Positions 28,161 to 37,252 are shown, numbered from the stretch's first letter. The stretch is 64,000 nucleotides of DNA from an uncultured Alphaproteobacteria bacterium (GCA_944391345.1 CALXTE010000001.1:109976-173975), one strand, 5' to 3'. Notes: a model not told the origin generated them from the sequence alone. A program made the numbers and translations.

Positions 28161-28748
28161 ATGAATAATAATGAAATATCAAATATTAGTATGAATATCA
28201 CTCAAAATCCCTCTTCTGTTCCTAACCCTCCTTATATTTTTTCAGATGAAATGAGAAATCGCTTAGGATTTTTGGAATCTCGAGGAGATTATCATGCACA
28301 CAATACAAGCGGCGGAGGTATTGGAGCTTTGGGAAAATATCAAATAAGGAGAGATGGACTTATTGATGCCGGATATATTAATTCGAATAATCAATGGTTG
28401 GGAAAAAATGCTATTTATTCTCAAGATGATTTTTTTAATAATCCAGATAAGCAAGAACAAGTCTTAAATGATTATTTAAAATCAAATTATCGACAGCTAC
28501 AGAATAAAGGGGCTCTTAATTATTTAGGAAATCGAGTAGAGGGGATTGCCGGTGTTTTTGATATAACAGATACAGGCCTATTGGCAGCCAGCCATCGGGA
28601 AGGAGCTGGTGCTGTTAATCGATATTTAAATAATCTTGAAAAAAATCAGGATAATAATTATTATATGAACTATAATAAAATAACGAATCCTAATCTTATT
28701 CAGATGTTTAAACGAATAGAAACAAGGTTACGAAAATTTGAAAAATAG
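28161..28748 (+). CDS. Lysozyme-like / lytic-transglycosylase-like domain protein without a signal peptide
   Basis: FLESRGDYHAHNTSGGGIGALGKYQ fits the E-S ... GA.G.YQ pattern of GH23-like phage-tail and effector muramidases. Confidence 0.5.
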   Translation: MNNNEISNISMNITQNPSSVPNPPYIFSDEMRNRLGFLESRGDYHAHNTSGGGIGALGKYQIRRDGLIDAGYINSNNQWLGKNAIYSQDDFFNNPDKQEQVLNDYLKSNYRQLQNKGALNYLGNRVEGIAGVFDITDTGLLAASHREGAGAVNRYLNNLEKNQDNNYYMNYNKITNPNLIQMFKRIETRLRKFEK

Positions 28749-29337
28749 ATATTTGTTTTTCTTCTGTGCTGTTTTTGCTTGTGGCAAAGCAAATGCTTTG
28801 CCACAAGATTGGTCTTGTGATGAAATTGATTTAAATATTGTTGCTAACGGTAGCGAATGGGGGCACAAGTTTCAGGGTAATAACGGTTTATTTGAAATTA
28901 CGATTGATAATTTTGATGAGAATAAGCCTTATGTTTATAGTTGCGGAAATTCCGGATGTTGGGGAACTATAAAAAATCTTAAAACCGGTGAGCATGAAGA
29001 TATGCGTTTTGATTGTTTGTATGATACTCAACAAAAATCTTTGCGCTGTTATCGGATTGATGGCGATGAATATTTACTTACTAAAGTATCTGGTGATAAA
29101 TATCAGGTTCAATTGTGTGAAAGTTATTATAAATCTCTTAATATAAGTCAATGTTTGGGGTGTAAATGTGTGTTGCGAGATTCCAGAGGAAAACAAGCAG
29201 CTTCAGATATAAAAATGAATTGTATGCGTGAAAATAATACCTCAATACGTTGTTTTTCTTATGATGGTTATGAAAAATGGCGTAATTTTGAAAATAAAGA
29301 TGGCGATTTTGAACGCTGTATAGGCTTAGGTATTTAG
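28738..29337 (+). CDS. Secreted Cys-rich protein (candidate cognate immunity/partner)
   Basis: Sec signal MKNRYLFFFCAVFACGKANA, about a dozen Cys in the mature part, and an 11-nt overlap with the upstream ORF. Confidence 0.55.
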   Translation: MKNRYLFFFCAVFACGKANALPQDWSCDEIDLNIVANGSEWGHKFQGNNGLFEITIDNFDENKPYVYSCGNSGCWGTIKNLKTGEHEDMRFDCLYDTQQKSLRCYRIDGDEYLLTKVSGDKYQVQLCESYYKSLNISQCLGCKCVLRDSRGKQAASDIKMNCMRENNTSIRCFSYDGYEKWRNFENKDGDFERCIGLGI

Positions 29338-29373
29338 TTTGAAAATACGGTGAATACCTTTGGGCAGATTCAT

Positions 29374-29398
29374 TTCCAAACATCTTTATTGAATTTTA
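29374..29398. repeat. Right copy of the 25-bp direct repeat
   Basis: See 27638-27662. Confidence 0.85.
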
Positions 29399-29439
29399 AG
29401 AAAAATCATTTATATTGAAAGTTAGGCGTGGGTTAAGAG

Positions 29440-29678
29440 CCTGCGTTTAGCACTGTGAGAGCGGTGCGGGACTTTGAACAGTCCTTTATTTTGAGCGGAA
29501 AGATGTGCCCGTTAGGCATTTTTGTATGCCACATCAACCTCGACCTGTGGTCGGGGAGCTTGTGGTGTATGTCCAAAAGCTAACTGTATAGTGGTTTGAA
29601 AGGCCACAAGAGTCATTTCTCAAAATATGATTGTTCAACTTCCCGACCGCTTTTGCAAAAAAAAGTGGTCTTTTTTTT
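29440..29678 (+). ncRNA. Candidate structured leader or small RNA ending in an intrinsic terminator
   Basis: GC-enriched non-coding stretch with consecutive hairpins: gatgtg..ggcat/atgcc..cacatc, cctcgacc/ggtcgggg and cttgtgg/ccacaag. The terminator at 29645-29678 follows. No family recognised. Confidence 0.25.
29645..29678 (+). terminator. Intrinsic terminator/attenuator immediately upstream of the XRE ORF's RBS
   Basis: 10-bp stem gaccgctttt / aaaagtggtc (one G-U pair) followed by tttttttt. Confidence 0.55.
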
Positions 29679-29702
29679 GTTTTTAATAATCGGGGAGAAA
29701 TC

Positions 29703-29879
29703 ATGGATATGTCTTGTAAAAAATCTCGTGGACGGATGGCTAACGGTGAGCCTAACCCAATTGATGTTTATGTCGGCAAGCGTATGCGTCTGCGCCGTCA
29801 AATGCTCTGCCTATCTCAAGAAAGATTAGCCGCCGCACACCGCGCCCTCCGCGACCTCATCGTCGCGCTGTCGGCTTAG
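29703..29879 (+). pseudogene. Truncated XRE-family HTH regulator (58 codons)
   Basis: NPIDVYVGKRMRLRRQMLCLSQERLA matches the N-terminus of alphaproteobacterial XRE regulators. It then runs into an unrelated GC-rich 47-nt patch and a stop before the HTH is complete. Confidence 0.5.
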
Positions 29880-29942
29880 AGTTAGGCCTTGAAGAAAATT
29901 TTAGTGCTTTTTGTATTAACCATAGCAGTTAAAAACGCAAAA

Positions 29943-29971
29943 TTGACATAGTCCTTAACTTATGATAAGAT
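29943..29971 (+). promoter_or_regulatory. Candidate sigma70 promoter
   Basis: TTGACA, 17-nt spacer, TAAGAT. Confidence 0.4.
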
Positions 29972-30001
29972 AATCTAATGAGAGCAAGGGAGTATAGGGA
30001 C

Positions 30002-30187
30002 ATGACCAATAAAACAAAACCTGCACAACAAAAAATCACCACGGAAGATTTGAAAGATACATTAAATCGCGTAAGACTGGCTTTAGCTATCAGCGGCTTA
30101 ATGGGCGGAAGCATTGTCGGCGCAAATGCCAAGAAAAATACGCAAGAAGACAATGACGATATAGAAAATAAAGAGACAACGGAATAA
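30002..30187 (+). CDS. Hypothetical small protein (61 aa)
   Basis: ATG downstream of the candidate promoter, with aagggag about 9 nt upstream. The track's 29978 start would sit at the predicted transcription start. Confidence 0.35.
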   Translation: MTNKTKPAQQKITTEDLKDTLNRVRLALAISGLMGGSIVGANAKKNTQEDNDDIENKETTE

Positions 30188-30207
30188 ACATCTAACGCAG
30201 GTTTTCT

Positions 30208-30762
30208 ATGGATAACGAAAAAAAAGGAAAAGTTCTGGCCAGTTCATACTTGTTTAACGAGCCTTGGCTGACGGTCAGAAAAGACAAAGTTGAACTAGCC
30301 AATGGCGTTATCATTCCTAACTATTACGTTTTAGAATATCCCAATTGGGTTAATATCTTGGCCATCACAAAGGATAAAAAGTTTTTGATGATACGCCAAT
30401 ATCGCCACGGCACCGGCACCACAAATTTTGAACTTTGCGGGGGCTGTGTTGATGCAGAAGACGCCTCGCCGCTTGAGGCTGCCAAGCGAGAATTACTTGA
30501 AGAAACCGGATATGGCAATGGTCACTGGCGGCAAAACCTCAAACTCTCGGCCAATCCCAGCACCTCAAATAACTGGACCTATAACTTTATCGCCGAAGAT
30601 GTTGAGCTGATTTCGACCCAGCACTTAGACGGCGGAGAAGATATTTCTGTTCATCTCCTTGACTTGGATGAAGTAATAAAACTTTTGAAAAACAATGAGA
30701 TAATCCAGTCTATCCATGCCTGTGCAATTTGGAAATATCTGGCAGAAAACCACCTGATTTAG
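30208..30762 (+). CDS. NUDIX hydrolase (ADP-ribose pyrophosphatase-like)
   Basis: Nudix box GGCVDAEDASPLEAAKRELLEETGY. Confidence 0.8.
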   Translation: MDNEKKGKVLASSYLFNEPWLTVRKDKVELANGVIIPNYYVLEYPNWVNILAITKDKKFLMIRQYRHGTGTTNFELCGGCVDAEDASPLEAAKRELLEETGYGNGHWRQNLKLSANPSTSNNWTYNFIAEDVELISTQHLDGGEDISVHLLDLDEVIKLLKNNEIIQSIHACAIWKYLAENHLI

Positions 30763-30850
30763 AACCCGCAAACTTTTTTATTAAAATTTAATATTTTGTA
30801 TTATATAATGAGCACTCGAAAACGTTTTTTTGTTGCACAGGAGTTTTACC

Positions 30851-31738
30851 GTGGCTGAAAACAAAATTAACTTTAAGGTTAATTATAAAAAGCTTGAAAT
30901 TTATAAAGAATATAATACCAAAAACATTCTTTATCCGCTATTGTTGACATCGCCGCATAGCGGGCAGATCTTTCCGCACGAGTTTCTGGAATCTGTAAAA
31001 ATGACGGAATCCGAGCTCCGCAGCAATGAAGATTCTTTTGTCGATGAGCTTTTTATGCCTGCCTCGGATAGCGGGATTCCAATGCTGGCGATGAACATAT
31101 CCCGCGCATTTATTGACGCTAATCGTGATAAAATCGAGATTGATCCGCAGATGTATTACAATTTTCCGCCGACATCAGATATTCAGGCGGGGATTCGCTG
31201 CCGTGTCGGGTTGGGCGTTGTTCATCGCATTAATGCCGAAAGAAAAAATATCTACGATGGTTTGCTCAATTATGATGAAGTTAAAGAACGCATTTCATCG
31301 GTTTATGATGTTTACCACAAACGGCTTAATCAGTTGATTGCCGCCATTTCGCAAAAGTTTGGTTTTTGCTTTGTTCTGGATTGTCACTCTATGCCGTCAA
31401 AAATCTGCTCGGTCATGCAAGAAGATGAGCCGATAAAATTCTGCATCGGCACGTTGTTTGACCAAAGTTGTCCGCCGGAAGTAAGCGCTTTTCTTGAAAA
31501 ATTGTTGTCACAGCGTGGATATAAGGTCGTTATGAACTGCCCATATTCCGGCGCATACACAACCTTTAACTATTGCCAGCCCAGAAAAAACATCTTTACA
31601 TTGCAATTGGAGATAAATCGCGGCATTTATATGGAAGAATCTGTGCACAAAAAAAACAATAATTTTCATGCTGTTAGTAGTGATTTGTGCGCCTCGGTAA
31701 GCGCCTTTGCAAAATTTTTACTGGATTTTAAAAAATAA
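30851..31738 (+). CDS. N-formylglutamate amidohydrolase family protein
   Basis: SPHSG, IDANRD and LDCHSMPS motifs. GTG 30851 is preferred (SD aggag 7 nt upstream) over TTG 30830. Confidence 0.7.
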   Translation: MAENKINFKVNYKKLEIYKEYNTKNILYPLLLTSPHSGQIFPHEFLESVKMTESELRSNEDSFVDELFMPASDSGIPMLAMNISRAFIDANRDKIEIDPQMYYNFPPTSDIQAGIRCRVGLGVVHRINAERKNIYDGLLNYDEVKERISSVYDVYHKRLNQLIAAISQKFGFCFVLDCHSMPSKICSVMQEDEPIKFCIGTLFDQSCPPEVSAFLEKLLSQRGYKVVMNCPYSGAYTTFNYCQPRKNIFTLQLEINRGIYMEESVHKKNNNFHAVSSDLCASVSAFAKFLLDFKK

Positions 31739-31944
31739 ATATGTTATAACCTTACTCGAATTGTTAATAAACAGTTAAGAATAACTGTTGACATGGGTTG
31801 CCTTGATAGATATTTTGACAGCCTGTTGTGTAAACCTAACCCCGGTTTTATCTGGAGTTTTTAGAATTTAAGCCGTTAAGCAAATTGAAATTGGCATTAA
31901 GATTGCATAAGGGATGTTTGTGGCTTAACCGGGGGAACAGAGGG

Positions 31945-32676
31945 ATGCGACATTTCGTATCAAAATTTTTTATGTTATTACTTTTGCTGCTGCTGTTGAT
32001 TCAGCCGGTTCAGGCAAAGCCCTTTGTGGGCATTGATGAAGCGTTTATCTGCCAGACTGCCGCCGAAAAGTTTGAAAAAGAATATCAAATCAAGGAGCAC
32101 CTGTTAGAAACCATCACTACCGTAGAAACCGGTCGCTGGAATCAAGAGCACAAACAGACTTTGGCTTGGCCATGGACTGTAAACGCTTTGGGTAAAGGAT
32201 ATTACTATTCCTCAAAGGCTGAGGCGGTTAAGGCGGTTAAAGACCTGCAGGCAAAAGGCGTTAAAAGCATTGACGTCGGCTGTATGCAAATTAACCTGAT
32301 GTACCACGGCAAAGAGTTTAAATCTGTTGAAGAAGCGCTTGACCCTTACAAAAATGTAGAATATGGGGCAAAGTTCTTAAAACAGCTTTATAAAAGACGC
32401 GGAAACGATTGGTTCAAAGCCGCCATGGCTTACCACTCCGGTGTTTTGAAAAAGGCGCTTCGTTACAAAAAGAAAATCGTTGTCGCTTATGACAAAGTTA
32501 AGAAGAATGCTCAGCTTGCATCGCTTAAGGCCGATGAGGTTCAGGTAGCCAAGTCAACCAGGCTTGAGGCACAGGCTTTAATCTCCGCTCAGAATGATAA
32601 AGCAACCGCTGCCGACAAAGCTAATGCTTGGAGAGAGAGCAAACTGTCTGATTATCGAAACAGAAAGGTTCAATAA
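31945..32676 (+). CDS. Secreted lytic transglycosylase (SLT domain)
   Basis: Signal MRHFVSKFFMLLLLLLLLIQPVQA; ETGRW...WPWTVN...IDVGCMQIN. Confidence 0.75.
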   Translation: MRHFVSKFFMLLLLLLLLIQPVQAKPFVGIDEAFICQTAAEKFEKEYQIKEHLLETITTVETGRWNQEHKQTLAWPWTVNALGKGYYYSSKAEAVKAVKDLQAKGVKSIDVGCMQINLMYHGKEFKSVEEALDPYKNVEYGAKFLKQLYKRRGNDWFKAAMAYHSGVLKKALRYKKKIVVAYDKVKKNAQLASLKADEVQVAKSTRLEAQALISAQNDKATAADKANAWRESKLSDYRNRKVQ

Positions 32677-32707
32677 TCAAAATAAGATAGAAAGTTCCGC
32701 ATAGCTG

Positions 32708-34213
32708 ATGAGAGAGGCTTTTAAGAAAATAGGTCTTTACTGGCAGCCGCTTGGCGGCAATAATCCGGATCAAATCAGCGGACATTGCTATCGTTATACG
32801 GATATCCGCTCTGCCGGCAAAAACGGGCAAAAATCGTCCACTTCTTTGCTGGTAGATTTAGGGAAATTTGATAATTACAAAGCTCTGGGAGTAAAAAATG
32901 CTGCCGCCGCCGTTCCCGACATCAGGGATATCTTGGCAGACAAGAAAAACGCTCCCGGAGCTTTACTTTTAACCCATTCCCACCCCGATCATTTGAATGG
33001 AATACCTCATTATATCAAAGCCGGCTACACTCTTCCACCGGTTTATGGCGGCAAATATACCTTAATGATTCTCTATGACTTACTGACCGAATTTAACATT
33101 CCGCGGCGCCTGTGGCCAAAGTTTAATGTCATCAAGAACGGTGATAAACTGAAGCTCGGAACATTAAACATAGAGGTTGTGCCGGCGTCGCACACTTGCT
33201 TTGATAGCTTTGGCTTTATAATCTCTTCGGCAGACACTTGCGTTTATCACACCGGCGACATGAAAATAGATCAAGCCGCCTGTTTTCGCAAACCGACAGA
33301 CCTCAAAAGGCTGCAAGAACTAGCTGCAAAGATAGATTATGTCGTCGTTGACTTTTATGGCATAAGTTCGGATGGCTTTGCTGTCAGTGAAATCACCACT
33401 TATCTTCGACTGGTTTCACTGATAAAAGAGTCTAAAAAGAACAAGATTTTTCTGCCGGTATATCCCACGCATCCGGAGATGTATCTGATAGCCTTTATGG
33501 CCGCGCTCAAATGCAAGAAAAACGTTGTTTTTTATGGCAATGTTGATTTCTTCGGTTATCTCAAACTCTTGTCCGAATATGGCATTTCCTTTGAAAAAAT
33601 GGCCAAAGATAGGATAAAAGTTTCATATTCTCATGATACAGAGGCTCTATTGCCGCTTGAAAACAACTATGTTGTTATCGGCACGTTTAACGATGTACCC
33701 GATGTTTTTGATGCTGACAGAAAAAATGCTTTTGGCATAATAACCGCCTCAACTTTTTTTAATCCGCTTAAAGGACAATTTAACCTTCATAATATAAAAT
33801 TTGTAACGGTTGATGATTACCCCGAGCTCCAAGGCTATGGCCATGCCTTTTGGGGAGATATCGAAAAGCTGAACCAAACACTGGCACAAAGACCGTGTTT
33901 TATCCCGACGCATTGTCCGATTTTTATGATTGACGATGTGCGAAATCTGGCAGATTTTTGCAAAGTAAGGCTGATAGACAAGACACCGCGCAATAACCAG
34001 ATTTTTCGTCTGGAAAAAAATAAGGCGCAGCTGGTGTCTGAACGACCGGCAAAATGGCTGACTGTTGTTTATAATTCTCCCGATAGCGCCTATTTTGTTG
34101 AGGTTTTGCAACAGCCGACATCGGGCAAAGGCTTTTTGAAAAGAACCATCAGCCAAAGACGAAGCCAAAGAAAGTTTAAGGCTTATATGCTTAAAAGAAA
34201 AAGAAACGGATAA
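32708..34213 (+). CDS. Metallo-beta-lactamase-fold hydrolase, possibly RNase J/beta-CASP-like
   Basis: HxHxDH motif in LLLTHSHPDHLNG, N-terminal PLGG, about 500 aa, basic C-terminal tail. Confidence 0.5.
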   Translation: MREAFKKIGLYWQPLGGNNPDQISGHCYRYTDIRSAGKNGQKSSTSLLVDLGKFDNYKALGVKNAAAAVPDIRDILADKKNAPGALLLTHSHPDHLNGIPHYIKAGYTLPPVYGGKYTLMILYDLLTEFNIPRRLWPKFNVIKNGDKLKLGTLNIEVVPASHTCFDSFGFIISSADTCVYHTGDMKIDQAACFRKPTDLKRLQELAAKIDYVVVDFYGISSDGFAVSEITTYLRLVSLIKESKKNKIFLPVYPTHPEMYLIAFMAALKCKKNVVFYGNVDFFGYLKLLSEYGISFEKMAKDRIKVSYSHDTEALLPLENNYVVIGTFNDVPDVFDADRKNAFGIITASTFFNPLKGQFNLHNIKFVTVDDYPELQGYGHAFWGDIEKLNQTLAQRPCFIPTHCPIFMIDDVRNLADFCKVRLIDKTPRNNQIFRLEKNKAQLVSERPAKWLTVVYNSPDSAYFVEVLQQPTSGKGFLKRTISQRRSQRKFKAYMLKRKRNG

Positions 34214-34223
34214 AGAGGAAATT

Positions 34224-34958
34224 ATGGAAAAATATGTGAAAGAATATTCGCTCCGCAGCTATGAATGCGACCGCAATAAAAGCCTGCGATTGGTAACTTT
34301 AATGAATATTTTTCAAGATATAGCAGACGAACACGCCACACGCATGGGGCTGGGAATAGCTTATTGTCTGGAGCACGGATTCGCATGGGTCGGCAGCAAT
34401 TACCATATTTTCATCAAACAAAAACCAAAAATACACGAAAAGATAAAACTTATGACCTGGCCGGCAGAAGCCAAAAGATTGGCCGCAATCAGAGATTTTG
34501 AACTCTTTGGAGAGGATGGACAATCTTTAATCAAAGCCGCCAGCCAGTGGGTTTTGGTTAATATTGAGAGCAAACGTCCGGTACCTTTGCTCGAAAATTT
34601 GCCGCAGTATGAGGCCCTGAACGAAAATGTCGTCGCGCCTGAATTTGCCAAAATACCGGATTTAGAATATGTCGATTTGGAAACACGGTTTAAGATTCGC
34701 TTTGATGACATTGACTTTAATAAGCATGTAAATAATTCGATTTATCCGCTATGGGCCAGTGAGTCTGTTCCCGAGGAATGGTCATTAAAGAAAACGATTT
34801 CCGAGATAGAAATTTCGTTCAAAAAAGAGGGCTTGTTTGGCGAAAATGTAAAAGTCCAGACTCAGCTTATGCATGATGAAATTTCGCTGCACAGCATACG
34901 CTCAACGATTGATGACCGCGAATTGGCAAAAGTTCGGATTCGCTGGACCGAGGCCTAA
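34224..34958 (+). CDS. Acyl-ACP thioesterase family protein
   Basis: Double hot-dog pattern: YSLRSYECD...LMNIFQDIADEH and RFDDIDFNKHVNNSIY. Confidence 0.7.
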   Translation: MEKYVKEYSLRSYECDRNKSLRLVTLMNIFQDIADEHATRMGLGIAYCLEHGFAWVGSNYHIFIKQKPKIHEKIKLMTWPAEAKRLAAIRDFELFGEDGQSLIKAASQWVLVNIESKRPVPLLENLPQYEALNENVVAPEFAKIPDLEYVDLETRFKIRFDDIDFNKHVNNSIYPLWASESVPEEWSLKKTISEIEISFKKEGLFGENVKVQTQLMHDEISLHSIRSTIDDRELAKVRIRWTEA

Positions 34959-35524
34959 GCCGCCACAAACAGATGTTCAATTAATACCTTGCACCCGAGC
35001 AAAATTAGGATAAGGCCGGAAATTATCTCCATATATTTTATCGGCACTTTTTTAAACATACGACAGAAGTTAAAACCGATAGTCGCGTTGATAAAGGTTA
35101 TAATCCCGATAAGCAAAGCGCTGGACCAAACCGGCGCCTTCATAAAATAGAGCATCGAGCCGGAAACAAAGGCATCAATCGAGGTCGCCAGACCGATAAA
35201 AAACAAAACCTTTAGGCTAAGGAGCTTAGATAATTTTGGCGCGCAGTCCCCTTCTTTAAAAGCTTCGGCAATAATTTTAATGCCGAGAACCAAAAACACA
35301 AAAAAAGCAATCCAGTGGTCAATCGCCTCAATATGCTGATAAATAGAGCGAGCGCCATACCAACCGAGAACCGGCATAATAAATTGCCCAAGACCGGTCG
35401 CCGTACCTAATTTAAGGGCGGCTTTGCCTTTTCCTTTTTTGATAATGAGCCCATAAGAAAAAGAGACGACAAACGCATCAACCGATAACGCCAAAGCCAA
35501 AAGAAAAATATCAAAAAAATTCAT
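34955..35524 (-). CDS. mntP: Manganese efflux pump MntP
   Basis: Two DUF204 repeats, LALSVDAF and LATSIDAF; six TM segments. Confidence 0.8.
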   Translation of the reverse strand: MNFFDIFLLALALSVDAFVVSFSYGLIIKKGKGKAALKLGTATGLGQFIMPVLGWYGARSIYQHIEAIDHWIAFFVFLVLGIKIIAEAFKEGDCAPKLSKLLSLKVLFFIGLATSIDAFVSGSMLYFMKAPVWSSALLIGIITFINATIGFNFCRMFKKVPIKYMEIISGLILILLGCKVLIEHLFVAA

Positions 35525-35643
35525 GATACCTCCGTATTAACAGTTGCGTTTTAACGAAAGAGAGCACAATTGTCAATCTCAATTTATTTTGTTGACAGCA
35601 AAGAGATGTTCTTATATTTTACTCTCCGAAAATTTTATTATTA

Positions 35644-36219
35644 ATGCTAAATATTATGGATAAACTAGAACGATTAGATGCGTTTGTCTCCGAATTGGGG
35701 CTTTCGCAGCAAGAACTGGAAAATTGGGTCATTTCTCGGATTAAAACCTCTCATGAAACGCTGATTCCGACGGCTTTACCGATTGTTTATAAGCGCCTGC
35801 AAGAGTTTTATGTCTTGAGTGGTTTGGACATGACGCGCAAAGAAGATGTTTGGGGCTGGCTACTGCCATCAAATATTGTTATGAAAAAAGCCAGAGGCGC
35901 TGATTCAGAACAAGAAATGATGTCATGGTATGGCGTTAAGGACTATGCCGAGAGTCATATATTTAATGGAAAAACCGGACATCTGCCATATTCTGACCAA
36001 CTTATCAAAATTTGGTTGCCCGAAATCGAGGTCAAAGCCCGTTCGACGGCTGCCACGCTGAACGAAAACGGCATAACTGCAGAAGATGAAAGCATGAATG
36101 CCTGCTGGTGCGCTGAAGAAAAAATGAGCAATTGCGCTCAAACTTTTATGCTTTATAGCAGCCAAATCAGCCTAGGCTATAAACCCTATGATATGGACCG
36201 CATTCTGCTCCAGTTCTAA
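35644..36219 (+). CDS. Hypothetical protein (191 aa)
   Basis: Long ORF with a terminator downstream; no motif recognised. Confidence 0.55.
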   Translation: MLNIMDKLERLDAFVSELGLSQQELENWVISRIKTSHETLIPTALPIVYKRLQEFYVLSGLDMTRKEDVWGWLLPSNIVMKKARGADSEQEMMSWYGVKDYAESHIFNGKTGHLPYSDQLIKIWLPEIEVKARSTAATLNENGITAEDESMNACWCAEEKMSNCAQTFMLYSSQISLGYKPYDMDRILLQF

Positions 36220-36230
36220 GAAAACAAAAA

Positions 36231-36250
36231 CCGACGAAACCGTCGGTTTT
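36231..36250. terminator. Bidirectional terminator
   Basis: ccgacg-aaac-cgtcgg flanked by an A-run and a T-run, between convergent genes. Confidence 0.55.
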
Positions 36251-36256
36251 TGTTTT

Positions 36257-37252
36257 TTAAATCCCTTCGCCTTTATACGGACGAGATAAAAGTTTTTCTA
36301 ATGCAGAATTAAGCGGTAGATTTTCAAACAAAATATGATTCATCATTTCACAAATCGGCATTTCTACGCCAAGAGTTTGGGCACGCTTAACCACAGCTTT
36401 GGCGGTAGCAATACCTTCGACAGTGCGTTTGTTTTCTTGAAGTGGCTTTTCGGCACTGCCGCAAACCCCGATTTCATAACCAAAACTAAAATTGCGCGAC
36501 TGCATACAGTTTGCGGTTAAGACCAAGTCACCCAAGCCGCACATTCCCATAAGCGACTGAAAATCACCACCCATAGCTTTGGATAAGCGTGCCATTTCGG
36601 CAAATCCGCGTGTAATCAGCGCCGCTCGTGCACTGTCGCCCAATGCCGCCCCTTCAACAATACCCGAGGCAATAGCAATCACATTTTTGACACTTCCTCC
36701 GATTTGCGGAGAGATAATATCTGACGTGGTATAAGGACGAAAATAAGTCGTTCCGAGCTGCTTGGTTAAAGCCGTTGCCACCGACAAATCTTGACAACCG
36801 ATTGTGACGGACACAAATTTTCTTTGCGCCAAATCAAGCGCAAACCCAGGGCCGGATAAAATCGCCGTGATTGTATTAGGAGCTTCTTCTTGCACGACTT
36901 CGGAAAGGAGCTTTCCGCTCTCAGCCTCAATTCCTTTGGCGCAAAGCACTAAAACCGTGTTTGTTTTCAGGTAAAGTTTCATTTGTTGCAAAACCGAACG
37001 TGTGGCTTGAGCCGAAGTTGTAAGCAGCACCACATCGGCAAATTCAAAAACCTCTTGCGGATTTTCGGTTGCTTTGATTGCATCCGGCAGAGGAATGTTT
37101 GGCAAATAAGCCTTGTTCAGATGAAAATGATTGATTGAATCAATCACATCTTTTTTGCGCGCCCAGCCCAAGACCTCATTTCCGGCGCGTGCCGCCGTCA
37201 GCGCCAAAGCCGTTCCCCAAATTCCGGTTCCGATTATTCCGATTTTTTGCAT
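36257..37252 (-). CDS. gpsA: NAD(P)H-dependent glycerol-3-phosphate dehydrogenase
   Basis: IGIIGTGIWGTALA, GPGFA, KNVIAIASGIVEG. Confidence 0.92.
   Translation of the reverse strand: MQKIGIIGTGIWGTALALTAARAGNEVLGWARKKDVIDSINHFHLNKAYLPNIPLPDAIKATENPQEVFEFADVVLLTTSAQATRSVLQQMKLYLKTNTVLVLCAKGIEAESGKLLSEVVQEEAPNTITAILSGPGFALDLAQRKFVSVTIGCQDLSVATALTKQLGTTYFRPYTTSDIISPQIGGSVKNVIAIASGIVEGAALGDSARAALITRGFAEMARLSKAMGGDFQSLMGMCGLGDLVLTANCMQSRNFSFGYEIGVCGSAEKPLQENKRTVEGIATAKAVVKRAQTLGVEMPICEMMNHILFENLPLNSALEKLLSRPYKGEGI

Noticed and set aside
29400-29900. Possibility that the GC-rich structured region plus the ...LIVALSA* reading frame is a two-piece alphaproteobacterial tmRNA (ssrA).
   Set aside because: There is no tRNA-like T-arm with a CCA end and no GGGG acceptor start. 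The would-be tag lacks the ANDN-type start and the LAA/VAA end. The frame is contiguous with a recognisable XRE N-terminus.
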